This document shows, piece after piece, positions 18,211 through 27,458 of a stretch of DNA of 64,000 bases. The position numbers were made by a program, and so were the translations under genes. The stretch spans positions 208,789 to 272,788 of the forward strand of contig JAVEXP010000002.1 of the NCBI GenBank assembly GCA_034003985.1, in the 5' to 3' direction. The stretch is from Patescibacteria group bacterium (GTDB lineage Bacteria; Patescibacteriota; Patescibacteriia; Buchananbacterales; UBA6539). Every line of letters starts with the position of its first letter. Within the stretch, counting starts at the first letter, position 1. The notes beneath the pieces are model-generated. The model saw nothing but the letters and a program-made list of their open reading frames with translations. It had not been told where the DNA came from and ran no database searches.

Positions 18211-20787
18211 ATGTTCGCTTTTTTGGCAACCCAGTTTGGGGTTCCCGAAAATAATTATCCGTTAGTGGAGTTTGACCCGACTTTTACCATTGACCGGGCC
18301 TACTTGTTGGTTACCGTTGATATTGTGGCTTTGTTGTTTTTGACAGTTACCTTGGTTTTTTTGCTCAGGCTGTTGCTTCGTTCCAGCAGTTTTTTGCCCG
18401 CCGCTTTTCAAAAAGTGGTTTTTTTGGTGACGGTTCCCAGAGAGTCATCCGATTCGGCTGAAACTGAAGAGAATATTGAAAAAATCAGAAGCCAGATTGC
18501 TTTGGCCGAAAGCTGGTTTTCGACAATTGGCGGGCTGCGGATCCAACATGGGCTCAAGGCTTGGCTTTGGGGCCGGACCGACAGTTTTTCTTTTGAAATT
18601 GTCGCCGATCAGGGTGAAATATCTTTTTATGTCACCACGCCGCGCTATTTGCAAGATTATATGGAGCAGCAAATTTTAGCCCAGTATCCCGAGGCTAATT
18701 TAGAAGAAGTTGAAGATTATAATATTTTTAATCCTTCTGGTCAGGCCGTCAGCGGGTATTTGAAATTTGCCCGCAGTTATATTTTTCCGATCAAAACTTA
18801 TCAGGATCTTAGCTCTGATCCGCTTAATGCCATTACCAATTCATTGAGCAAGATTAACAAGGATGACGGTATCGCCATTCAAGTCGTGGCCCGATCAGCC
18901 CCGCGCAAATGGCACAAGCTTGGTTCTCGGGTGGCCACGGAAATGCAGAAGGGCAAAAGCGTTCAAGAAGCCATGAATTCCACCAAATTTTTTACTTTTA
19001 ACGATTTTTTGGATATTTTCAAGTCTCCCGGTGCCAAAGCCCAGGAAGACAAAGATCCGCCTCGAACGCTTTCACCCATGGAGCAGGAAGTTGTCAAAGG
19101 GCTAGAAGAAAAGACTTCCAAGGCAGGACTGGAATGTAATATTAGAATAATTACTTCGGCTCCGACCAAAGTTTTGGCGCAGGGGTATTTGAGTAATGTT
19201 ATTGATTCATTCAATCAATTCAGTTTTTATCAATATGGCAATAGTTTTAAGATAATTAAAGAATCGCCGAATCGGTTGGTCAATGATTTTATTTATCGGA
19301 TTTACCGTTCGCGCGAAAGAGTAATTTTAAATACCGAGGAGCTGGCCAGTATTTTTCATTTTCCCACGCCGTTTTTAGATACCCCCAGTATTCGTTGGTT
19401 GCTGGCCAAAAAAATCGCCCCGCCCGCCAACTTGCCGTCAGAAGGGCTGCTGTTGGGAGAAAATATTTATCGCGGGCGGAAAAATAATGTCTATATTGCC
19501 TCCAAGGATCGACAACGCCATATGTATATTATTGGTATGACCGGCACCGGTAAATCGGTTTTGATGTCCAATATGGCCATTCAGGATATTCGTAATGGCA
19601 AGGGGGTTTGTGTGGTTGATCCTCACGGCAGCCTGGTCGAAGAAATTTTGGCCAATGTTCCCAAGGAACGAATGGATGAAGTTATCTATTTCAACCCTTC
19701 CGATGTTGAACGGCCGGTTGGTTTAAATATGCTGGAAGCTAAAACACCGGAACAGCAGGATTTCGCCGTCCAGGAGATGATCGCCATTTTTTATAAACTG
19801 GTAACTGATCCTTCGATGGTCGGACCGATGTTTGAACACAATATGCGTAACGCCATGCTGACTCTGATGGCCGATGAAGAATACCCCGGGACAATCGCCG
19901 AAATTCCCAGAATTTTTACCGACAAAGATTTCCAAAAGTATAAATTGTCCAAGGTTACCGATCCGATGGTCAGATCTTTTTGGGAGCAGGAAATGGCCAA
20001 AACTTCCGATTTTCATAAATCGGAGATGCTTGGATATTTGATTTCCAAAGTCGGCCGGTTTATCGAAAATGCGATGGTGCGAAACATTATTGGTCAACCG
20101 AAATCCGGCTTTGATTTTCGTGACATTATGGATAATCAAAAAATTCTTTTGGTTAATCTGGCCAAGGGAACGACCGGTGAAGTCAATAGTAATTTACTCG
20201 GCCTGATTATCGTTGCCAAGTTGCAGATGGCCGCTTTATCGCGAACCAATTTGCCCGAAGATCAACGCCAGGATTTTTACCTTTATATTGATGAGTTTCA
20301 AAATTTTATTACCGATAGCGTGGCCACCATTTTGGCCGAGGCCAGAAAGTATAAGCTTAATTTGATTCTGGCCCATCAATATATCGGCCAGTTGGTCGGA
20401 GCCTCAGGTCCGGAAGGCAAGAGTTATGGCGACAAAATTAAGGATGCGATTTTTGGCAATGTTGGCACTTTAATCTCGTTTCGCATTGGAGTTGAAGATT
20501 CCGAAGTGGTGGCCAAACAGTTGGCCCCGGCGGTTAATGAGTATGATTTAATGAACATTGAAAAATTCAATGCTTATCTCCGTTTATTGGTTGAAAATCA
20601 GCCTCAGCGAACTTTCAATATCCATACTTTTCCGCCGGTTCACGGCAATCAGAAGGTGGCGCAAGATATTATTGAATTTTCAAGATTTAAATACGGCCAG
20701 GACCGTCGTTTAGTGGAAGCTGACATTTTAAAACGCAGCCAATTAGGAATGCGCCCGCCGGGTCAGGCCGTTGAAAGGTCACTTTAA
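18211..20787 (+). CDS. VirD4/TraD/HerA-like P-loop ATPase with N-terminal TM
   Basis: RHMYIIGMTGTGKS Walker A, VDPHG, LYIDEFQNF Walker B, EARKY..LAHQ. Confidence 0.88.
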   Translation: MFAFLATQFGVPENNYPLVEFDPTFTIDRAYLLVTVDIVALLFLTVTLVFLLRLLLRSSSFLPAAFQKVVFLVTVPRESSDSAETEENIEKIRSQIALAESWFSTIGGLRIQHGLKAWLWGRTDSFSFEIVADQGEISFYVTTPRYLQDYMEQQILAQYPEANLEEVEDYNIFNPSGQAVSGYLKFARSYIFPIKTYQDLSSDPLNAITNSLSKINKDDGIAIQVVARSAPRKWHKLGSRVATEMQKGKSVQEAMNSTKFFTFNDFLDIFKSPGAKAQEDKDPPRTLSPMEQEVVKGLEEKTSKAGLECNIRIITSAPTKVLAQGYLSNVIDSFNQFSFYQYGNSFKIIKESPNRLVNDFIYRIYRSRERVILNTEELASIFHFPTPFLDTPSIRWLLAKKIAPPANLPSEGLLLGENIYRGRKNNVYIASKDRQRHMYIIGMTGTGKSVLMSNMAIQDIRNGKGVCVVDPHGSLVEEILANVPKERMDEVIYFNPSDVERPVGLNMLEAKTPEQQDFAVQEMIAIFYKLVTDPSMVGPMFEHNMRNAMLTLMADEEYPGTIAEIPRIFTDKDFQKYKLSKVTDPMVRSFWEQEMAKTSDFHKSEMLGYLISKVGRFIENAMVRNIIGQPKSGFDFRDIMDNQKILLVNLAKGTTGEVNSNLLGLIIVAKLQMAALSRTNLPEDQRQDFYLYIDEFQNFITDSVATILAEARKYKLNLILAHQYIGQLVGASGPEGKSYGDKIKDAIFGNVGTLISFRIGVEDSEVVAKQLAPAVNEYDLMNIEKFNAYLRLLVENQPQRTFNIHTFPPVHGNQKVAQDIIEFSRFKYGQDRRLVEADILKRSQLGMRPPGQAVERSL

Positions 20788-20791
20788 TTTT

Positions 20792-21325
20792 ATGTGGACG
20801 GCAATAATTTTTTGGCTTGGCTTTTTAACTTTTTTGGTATTAATCCTGGGTACTTTCGCCTGGGGAGGGATTTTGGCTGCTCCCTGGGTTCCATTATGGA
20901 AAAAGGATGTGGTCAGAATGCTGACATTGGCCGAGACAAAGCCGGGGGAATTGGTTTATGATTTGGGCGCTGGCGACGGGCGAATGCTGATTATTGCTGC
21001 CAAACAATTCCAGGCCAAAGCTGTTGGGTTTGAAATCGCCGTCTTGCCATATTTGCTTGGTTATATTAAAATAATCTTGAATGGCCTTAGGAGCAAGGTT
21101 TCGTTAAAATATCGTAATTTTTTTAAAATTGATCTTAGCCAAGCTGATGTTATTTTGACATTCTTGACTCCGCCAGCCATGGAAAAATTAAAACCAAAGC
21201 TTCAGCAGGAGATAAAACCAACTTGTCGGGTAGTGTCCTATGCTTTCAAAATTCCCGGTTGGGAACCGGTAAAAATTGATAAGCCCGACAACAGTAGCGC
21301 CGCGGTTTATCTTTATCGGCGTTAA
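20792..21325 (+). CDS. membrane-anchored SAM-dependent methyltransferase
   Basis: APWVP, YDLGAGDGR, VVSYAF. Confidence 0.85.
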   Translation: MWTAIIFWLGFLTFLVLILGTFAWGGILAAPWVPLWKKDVVRMLTLAETKPGELVYDLGAGDGRMLIIAAKQFQAKAVGFEIAVLPYLLGYIKIILNGLRSKVSLKYRNFFKIDLSQADVILTFLTPPAMEKLKPKLQQEIKPTCRVVSYAFKIPGWEPVKIDKPDNSSAAVYLYRR

Positions 21326-21358
21326 CTATCAAAGTCAAAACCAAAATAATAAAATAAA

Positions 21359-21955
21359 ATGGGAATCAAAAAGAAAAAAAATCAAGACGAAGAATCTTTT
21401 AGTCAACAAGATATACAGCGACATCTGGAATTGCTTCGTGATATTTTGGAAAATACCCAGGCCAACATTAAAAAGACTCTCGGTCTGTTACGAGAACGCA
21501 ATATCGATGCTGATATTTTACTTAATACTTTGCAGGAAGCGCAGGAGGCTTCCGCTGGTTTTGTAGCGGATCATAATGGCAATGAACGGATAATCGAGGG
21601 GGTGTTTAATGGGGAAAAAATGATTGGTGGTGATGGATTGGAGTATAATATGCCGGCTAATTATGCTTCCAAATCAAAGCTGGTCGAAGGTGATATTTTG
21701 AAATTAACCATCGCTAAGGATGGTTCTTTTATTTATAAACAGATTGGGCCGTTGGAGCGCATTCAGCTAGTAGCAACTTTGGCGCGGGATGAAGTGACGG
21801 GTGACTGGTATGCGATTGATGGTAAAAAACGCTGGAAATTATTAACCGCTTCGGTCACTTATTTTCATGGTAATCCGGGTGATGATGTGGTCATCTTGAT
21901 TCCCAAAGACGGGGACAGTAAGTGGGCAGCGGTTGAGAATGTTATCAAAAAATAA
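21359..21955 (+). CDS. conserved hypothetical protein
   Basis: IIEGVFNGEKMIG, PANYASKSKLVEGDILKLTI..GSFIYKQIGP. Confidence 0.75.
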   Translation: MGIKKKKNQDEESFSQQDIQRHLELLRDILENTQANIKKTLGLLRERNIDADILLNTLQEAQEASAGFVADHNGNERIIEGVFNGEKMIGGDGLEYNMPANYASKSKLVEGDILKLTIAKDGSFIYKQIGPLERIQLVATLARDEVTGDWYAIDGKKRWKLLTASVTYFHGNPGDDVVILIPKDGDSKWAAVENVIKK

Positions 21956-21956
21956 T

Positions 21957-22796
21957 CTAAAAACTGATTATCACCATCCGATTTAGTTTGGCTAGATCTT
22001 TTTTTATTATAATTTCGGCCAAAGGAAAATATTTTTTCGCCATATTTTTTATGGTTTGGTTCTGGCTAGGGTCAATCTCGGCGATTAGATATTTCGGCCG
22101 GTGCTTTAGTTTGTTAATTTGATTGAACAATTGACGGTACAAACCCAGCCCAAGTTCCGGGGCATATAGGGCGATTTTAGGCTCAAAAAATAATGATTTT
22201 TTTTCTCTTGGCGTCAAATCTTGCCAGATTTTTTTATTACCATAAGGCAGGTTGGCCACAATGATTTCAAGCTTTTCATCAACCCAGGGCTTTAGGAGTG
22301 ATCCGATTTTAAAATTAATTTTAACCCGATTGATTTTGGCGTTTTTTTTGGAAACTTTCAAGGCTTGGGGTGAAATATCACTGGCCAAAATTTTAGCTTG
22401 TTTTAAATTATTCGCCAGACTGACGGCAATGCAACCCGAACCGGTTCCGATGTCGGCAATTGTTGCTGTTGAACCGGCGAGTTTAATGGTTTCTTCCACC
22501 AATAATTCAGTTTCCGGTCTGGGGATTAGAACATTTCTGTTGACATAAAAATTCAAACCAAAAAATTTTTTTTGGTTTGTTAAATAGGCGATTGGTATGG
22601 CCTTGGACCGCTGAATTATTAAGTTTTTAAATTTGTTGATTTTTTGACAGCTAATCTGTTTGTTTGGATAGGTGTAAAAGTATTCTTTTGGTTTTTTTAT
22701 AACTAATGATAACAAAATTTCAGCATCAAGTCGGGGAGTGGTGGTTTTTGCTCGCAACTTATTGTCAGCCCAGTCAAGTAACAATTTGATCGTCAT
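21957..22796 (-). CDS. prmC: release factor glutamine methyltransferase
   Basis: VLIPRPETE, DIGTGSGCIA, ANLPY; follows prfA. Confidence 0.93.
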   Translation of the reverse strand: MTIKLLLDWADNKLRAKTTTPRLDAEILLSLVIKKPKEYFYTYPNKQISCQKINKFKNLIIQRSKAIPIAYLTNQKKFFGLNFYVNRNVLIPRPETELLVEETIKLAGSTATIADIGTGSGCIAVSLANNLKQAKILASDISPQALKVSKKNAKINRVKINFKIGSLLKPWVDEKLEIIVANLPYGNKKIWQDLTPREKKSLFFEPKIALYAPELGLGLYRQLFNQINKLKHRPKYLIAEIDPSQNQTIKNMAKKYFPLAEIIIKKDLAKLNRMVIISF

Positions 22797-22797
22797 T

Positions 22798-23841
22798 TTA
22801 TTTGTCGGCTTCTTTTAAATTTTTAACGATTTGATCAAGATTGCCGTTCATAATACTTTCAATCTGGCTGAAGTTTTGTTTAATGCGGTGATCGGTCACT
22901 CGGTCCTGAGGAAAGTTGTAAGTCCTGATTTTTTCCGAACGGTCGCCTGAACCGATTTGTGATTTGCGTTCATCGCCGCGTTCTTTGGCAGCTCGTTCCT
23001 GCTCGGCCGCCAAAAGTCGGGAGCGCAAAATTTGCAGAGCTTTGGCTTTATTTTTTAATTGCGATTTTTCATCCTGACAGCTGACTACGGTGTTGGTCGG
23101 AAGATGAGTGATCCGGACTGCCGAGTCGGTGGTATTGACGCTTTGGCCGCCGTGGCCGCCGGATCGGAAAACATCAATTCTCAGATCTTCGGATTTGATT
23201 TCAATATCAATTTCTTCAGCCTCCGGCAGGACAGCCACGGTCGCGGCTGAGGTGTGGACTCGGCCGCTTTTTTCAGTTTCCGGTACCCGTTGGACCCGGT
23301 GAACGCCGCTTTCGTATTTGAGGCTTTTATAAACATCTTTACCCGATATTTCAAAAATAATTTCTTTAAAACCGCCGATACCAATTTGATTGGCATCTAA
23401 AATTTTGGTTTTCCAGCCTTGATTTTCGGCAAATCGCGAATACATCCGAAATAAATCCGCAGCAAACAATGCTGCTTCGTCGCCGCCAGTGCCGGCCCGG
23501 ATTTCAATAATAATGTTTTTTTTATCCATTGGATCGGCTGGGGTTAACTCGTCGTTAATTTCTTTTTCAAGTTCGGTTTGCAGTTCGGTCAGGCTGATTA
23601 CTTCATCTTGAGCGATCAGTACCAATTCTTGATCAGTTTCATCATCCAGCGCCGCCTTGGCCGACATCAGTTGGTTTTCAATTTTTTTCAGTTCTTTGAT
23701 TTTTTTGACGGCGGCTTCAATTTTAGTCAATTCTTGGGAAGTTCGTTTTAGTTTTTCGTGATCGTTAATAATCGCCGGATCGGTCAGTTCGGCGCTTAGC
23801 TTCTCGAATTGTTCCAAAATCGTTTGGAATTTGTTATTCAT
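22798..23841 (-). CDS. prfA: peptide chain release factor 1
   Basis: GTGGDEA, ESGVHRVQRVPETE, GGQSVNTTDSAVR, RTYNFPQ. Confidence 0.97.
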   Translation of the reverse strand: MNNKFQTILEQFEKLSAELTDPAIINDHEKLKRTSQELTKIEAAVKKIKELKKIENQLMSAKAALDDETDQELVLIAQDEVISLTELQTELEKEINDELTPADPMDKKNIIIEIRAGTGGDEAALFAADLFRMYSRFAENQGWKTKILDANQIGIGGFKEIIFEISGKDVYKSLKYESGVHRVQRVPETEKSGRVHTSAATVAVLPEAEEIDIEIKSEDLRIDVFRSGGHGGQSVNTTDSAVRITHLPTNTVVSCQDEKSQLKNKAKALQILRSRLLAAEQERAAKERGDERKSQIGSGDRSEKIRTYNFPQDRVTDHRIKQNFSQIESIMNGNLDQIVKNLKEADK

Positions 23842-23891
23842 ATTTTTAGGTATAACAAAAACCCCTTATTTCAGGAGTTTATTGTCATTGG

Positions 23892-24185
23892 TTATTTACC
23901 CTTTTTTACTTTTTGTTCTTTCCGAGCTTCAACTTTGGCCGCCCGTTTGACTTTCTTGCCTTTACGGCCAGCGGCTACTTTTTCCTGCTTAGCCATTCTT
24001 TCCTGGAATTTTTCAACTCGGCGGGAGGTGTCAATCAGCTTTTGCTTGCCGGTATAAAAAGGATGGCACATTGAACAAATTTCAACATGGATTTCTTTTA
24101 CCGTCGAACCTACTTTAAAAATATTGCCGCAAGCGCAGGTTACTTTGGCGTCAGGATAATATTGGGGATGGATTTCTTTTTTCAT
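23892..24185 (-). CDS. rpmE: 50S ribosomal protein L31 (Zn-binding type)
   Basis: [23 protein letters not shown]. Confidence 0.95.
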   Translation of the reverse strand: MKKEIHPQYYPDAKVTCACGNIFKVGSTVKEIHVEICSMCHPFYTGKQKLIDTSRRVEKFQERMAKQEKVAAGRKGKKVKRAAKVEARKEQKVKKGK

Positions 24186-24231
24186 ACTAAAGTAAGATAA
24201 CATAAACCCCAGGATTTGACAAGGGGGAAAC

Positions 24232-24642
24232 TTATTTTTTGGTTTTTAGGGCTTTGGAATGCTGAGTTAGGGCAAAAGCCGCCACGACGCTGGTATAGAC
24301 GACGGCAAACCCTTCGGGAATCTTGAATTGGCCGTTAGACAGGGGAGCAGCTACTATAAACACTACCATAATAACCGTCCAAATTACCACAAAACTTTCG
24401 CCGATGAATTCGGAGATAAAATGGTTTTTCCAACGGGTGTATTCTTTTTCGCTGACATAAATTCCCAGGATAGCGATATAGATTATCCCAATGGCCGTTA
24501 CCGAAGTGTCGTAATAGTTGCCCGACATAAAATCCACGGTAAATAGCACCATCGTCAGAATAGTCCAAACATTAAGAATGATTTTAAGTAGCACTCTTTG
24601 ATGCCAGCCGTTTTTTAATTTTTTCTTTTTGATTCCGTTCAT
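24232..24642 (-). CDS. 4-TM membrane protein
   Basis: hydrophobic helices; Y..ILGIY..EKE..RW, GE.FV..W. Confidence 0.7.
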   Translation of the reverse strand: MNGIKKKKLKNGWHQRVLLKIILNVWTILTMVLFTVDFMSGNYYDTSVTAIGIIYIAILGIYVSEKEYTRWKNHFISEFIGESFVVIWTVIMVVFIVAAPLSNGQFKIPEGFAVVYTSVVAAFALTQHSKALKTKK

Positions 24643-24671
24643 GGTTTATATTTTACCACATATTTTTTAAT

Positions 24672-24733
24672 TTGACATCGTGGTCGCAATAATTTAAATT
24701 TATTAGGAAACCGTGGCAAAAACTATAAGGAGG
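24672..24733 (+). promoter_or_regulatory. cassette promoter and SD
   Basis: TTGACA-17-TAAATT; AAGGAGG 24727-24733. Confidence 0.65.
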
Positions 24734-24740
24734 CGTTGCC

Positions 24741-25496
24741 ATGACGGGAGTTGATTTGTGTATTTCCGGGAGTGCTGGCCGAATGGGCCAGCTGATTGTC
24801 ACCTTGGCCAGCAACGGCGGCTGGGGTTTTGGCCGGGTCATTGGTTATGATCCGCAGCTTGAGAACTGTGGCGACTTGGAATTTCTGCTTCAGGGCAGCC
24901 AGGTCTTGATCATCTTTCATAACGAACCGTCCGCCGTGGTGCCTCAGGTCCAACTGGCGGCCAAGTTCAGTAAACCGGCGGTGGTCGGTACCACCGGTTT
25001 GACTGATGAGATGGTCAATGAATTGCGCGAACTGTCGCAGTCCGTGCCGGTGGTTGTGGCCAGCAATTTCAGCCTGGGGATTAATTTGCTGCCCCCGGTG
25101 CTTGAGCTGCTGTGTCGAATGATTCCCACCCATTGGAGCATTGAAATCGTGGATGAACACCATGGTCGCAAGCTTGACGCTCCCAGCGGTACGGCGATGA
25201 CGCTGGCCAAGTTCATTCAGGGCAACCGCGGTGGAAAAGTCGAGTGTGGCCGTTCGGGCCGAGCCTCCGGGGTTCGTCCGGAAAATCTAATCGGCGTCCA
25301 GGCCGTTCGGGCCGGTGACATTCCCGGCAATCACGAAATTATATTGGCCGGTGACGGGCAGGTGCTTCGAGTCCGCCATGAGGTGTATTCGCCCGAAGTC
25401 TTTGCCAAGGCCGCTTTGCAGGTGGCGCGTCAGGTCGTCGACTTGGTTCCGGGCATGTACAGCCCCGCCGATGTTCTTTGGGGATGCAGATTGTAA
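24741..25496 (+). CDS. dapB: 4-hydroxy-tetrahydrodipicolinate reductase (divergent)
   Basis: GSAGRMG, VVGTTG, ASNFSLG, HHGRKLDAPSGTA, RAGDI.G.H; visibly GC-richer than its flanks. Confidence 0.88.
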   Translation: MTGVDLCISGSAGRMGQLIVTLASNGGWGFGRVIGYDPQLENCGDLEFLLQGSQVLIIFHNEPSAVVPQVQLAAKFSKPAVVGTTGLTDEMVNELRELSQSVPVVVASNFSLGINLLPPVLELLCRMIPTHWSIEIVDEHHGRKLDAPSGTAMTLAKFIQGNRGGKVECGRSGRASGVRPENLIGVQAVRAGDIPGNHEIILAGDGQVLRVRHEVYSPEVFAKAALQVARQVVDLVPGMYSPADVLWGCRL

Positions 25497-25529
25497 CCGC
25501 TCAAACAGCGGTCAACCCGGATTTTCCTA

Positions 25530-25563
25530 AGAGGAGAGGTCTCGTGCCTCCCTCTCTTTTTTT
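25530..25563 (+). terminator. terminator of dapB cassette
   Basis: AGAGG-AGAGG..CCTC-CCTCT-CT tract. Confidence 0.65.
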
Positions 25564-25579
25564 AATTTTTTGTTTACTC

Positions 25580-25639
25580 TTGACAACTTGCTTGGTTGTT
25601 ATTAAACTAGGATTAGCACTCTGACATTAGGAGTGCTAA
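25580..25639 (+). promoter_or_regulatory. sigma70 promoter and CIRCE operator
   Basis: TTGACA-17-TAAACT; perfect TTAGCACTC-N9-GAGTGCTAA at 25613-25639. Confidence 0.95.
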
Positions 25640-25653
25640 TAATCAAGTATCAT

Positions 25654-26355
25654 ATGGATCAGCGCCAAAAGGATTTGCTGTACAATATTACTTCTCATTA
25701 TATTAAAACCGCCAGCCCGGTTAGTTCTAAATTTATCACCGAGTCAAGCGATTTTAATCTCAGTTCGGCCACTATTCGTAACGAGATGGCCGAATTGGAA
25801 AAGGCTGGTTATATTTTTCAGCCTCATACTTCCGCCGGGAGAATCCCGACGGAGAAAGGCTATTGTTTTTATGTTGATAACTTTTTGGCGGACATTTTAC
25901 CGGCTAAACGGGATCGTGAAAAGTTGGAAAAAATCGCCGAGAATTTTAGTCCCGAATCAGTTCGCCGGGTCACCAAAGATTTGGCCAAAAGTATTTCCGA
26001 GTTAAGTGACGGTGCGGTGTTTGTGGCTTTTGCCGATAACGATTTTTATTATACCGGTATTTCCAATCTTTTTGGCCATCCGGAATTTCAGGAACAGCAA
26101 TTGGTTTACAGTTTAAGCCGGATTATTGATCATTTTGATACGGTAATCAATAAAATATTTGATTCAATTACCGGGGAAGTCACTGTTGCCATTGGCTCCC
26201 AAAATCCCTTTGGCAATATTTGCAGTTCGGTTGTTACTCAATTGAATTTTTCCGGTGCACCGGGTGTGTTTGGCGTTTTGGGACCGTTGCGGATGGATTA
26301 TCAGAATAATTTTAGTTTGGTTAAGTATACTCGGCAGTTAATTAATAAAATTTAA
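25654..26355 (+). CDS. hrcA: heat-inducible repressor HrcA (short form)
   Basis: SSATIRNEMAELE..GY..QPHTSAGRIPTEKGY; GVLGPLRMDY; downstream of CIRCE. Confidence 0.95.
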   Translation: MDQRQKDLLYNITSHYIKTASPVSSKFITESSDFNLSSATIRNEMAELEKAGYIFQPHTSAGRIPTEKGYCFYVDNFLADILPAKRDREKLEKIAENFSPESVRRVTKDLAKSISELSDGAVFVAFADNDFYYTGISNLFGHPEFQEQQLVYSLSRIIDHFDTVINKIFDSITGEVTVAIGSQNPFGNICSSVVTQLNFSGAPGVFGVLGPLRMDYQNNFSLVKYTRQLINKI

Positions 26356-26360
26356 AAATC

Positions 26361-26864
26361 ATGATTGATAAAAATTCCGCCGATCAGGAAGAAATCAATG
26401 ACTTAACAAATTCCGATAAGGAATTGGTATTACTTAAGCAGAAAGCCCAGGAATACCTGGATGGCTGGAAGCGGGCCAAGGCGGATTATTCTAATTTTAA
26501 AAAGGAGCAAGATAAACGGATTGAAAATATTGTTCAGTTTGCCAACGCCGGACTGCTGGCCGAATTACTGCCGATTTTCGATCATTTCAAATTAGCCATT
26601 AAACATGTTACCCAGGATCAGGTCAAGCAAGATTGGGTTTTAGGGTTTATCCATATTAAAAAACAGTTTGACGAATTTTTAGGTCGATTGGGAATCAAAG
26701 AAATTGAAACAGTCGGCCAAAAATTCGACCCCCAGTTTCACGAAGCCGTTTCTCATGAGGAGTATGAAGGATTTGAACCCGATATAATTTTTGAAGAAGT
26801 TAAGGCTGGTTATACCTTGCACGATAAGGTCATTAATCCAGCCAAAGTGAAAGTCGCTAAATAA
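26361..26864 (+). CDS. grpE: nucleotide exchange factor GrpE
   Basis: RAKADYSNFKK, FDPQFHEAV, GYTLHDKVINPAKVKV. Confidence 0.95.
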   Translation: MIDKNSADQEEINDLTNSDKELVLLKQKAQEYLDGWKRAKADYSNFKKEQDKRIENIVQFANAGLLAELLPIFDHFKLAIKHVTQDQVKQDWVLGFIHIKKQFDEFLGRLGIKEIETVGQKFDPQFHEAVSHEEYEGFEPDIIFEEVKAGYTLHDKVINPAKVKVAK

Positions 26865-26872
26865 TAATCAGG

Positions 26873-26940
26873 CCATCTCGACCAAGTCGTGGTTTTATGC
26901 CATGACGAGTGGAGAAATCCCTCAAGTACGCTCGGGATGG
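26873..26940 (+). repeat. REP-like structured intergenic element
   Basis: CCATCTCGA/TCGGGATGG outer stem, GTCGTGG/CCATGAC inner stem, GAGTGGAGAAATCC. Confidence 0.5.
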
Positions 26941-26957
26941 TAAAGGAGAATAAAACT

Positions 26958-27371
26958 ATGCCAATAATCAAATGGACTCCCTTCATCGAACCGTTCGAAG
27001 AAATGGAAAAACTGATGCAGGATTATTCTAATCAGGGTTTCAGTCCGGCAATTGATGTGTACGAAACCAAAGACGCTGTAGTGGTGGAAGCACCTCTGGC
27101 CGGAGTTAGCCCTGATGAGGTGGAAATTTCTATTGAAAATGATGTTTTGACCATTAAAGGCGAAACTAAAAAAGAATCGGAAGTCGATGACAAAAATTAT
27201 TATCGTAAAGAAGTTCGTTCCGGCAGCTTTTTCCGGTCCGTGGCTTTGCCAGCCCATGTAGTTTCCGATCAGGCCAGTGCCGAATCAGTCGAGGGTTTAT
27301 TGAAAATTACCATACCTAAAGCGCCGGAAGCCAAGCCTAAAAGCATTAAAGTAAAAGTTAAAAGCAAGTAA
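26958..27371 (+). CDS. Hsp20/alpha-crystallin small heat shock protein
   Basis: PAIDVYET, LTIKGE, E.RSGSFFRSVALP, GLLKITIPK; SD AAAGGAG. Confidence 0.93.
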   Translation: MPIIKWTPFIEPFEEMEKLMQDYSNQGFSPAIDVYETKDAVVVEAPLAGVSPDEVEISIENDVLTIKGETKKESEVDDKNYYRKEVRSGSFFRSVALPAHVVSDQASAESVEGLLKITIPKAPEAKPKSIKVKVKSK

Positions 27372-27458
27372 TTTATTGATTTTGTTCTCCCGGGCTAAAA
27401 ATTTTTTGGCCTGGGTCCAAAGTTAATAGAAATTAATAATTAAAGCTAGCTAAATAGT

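Noticed and set aside
21957-22796. PrmC NPPY motif reads NLPY
   Set aside because: A single substitution in an otherwise intact gene next to prfA; I recall this variant from other PrmC proteins, so no special claim is made
24723-25163. 146-aa minus-strand ORF
   Set aside because: Antisense shadow of dapB
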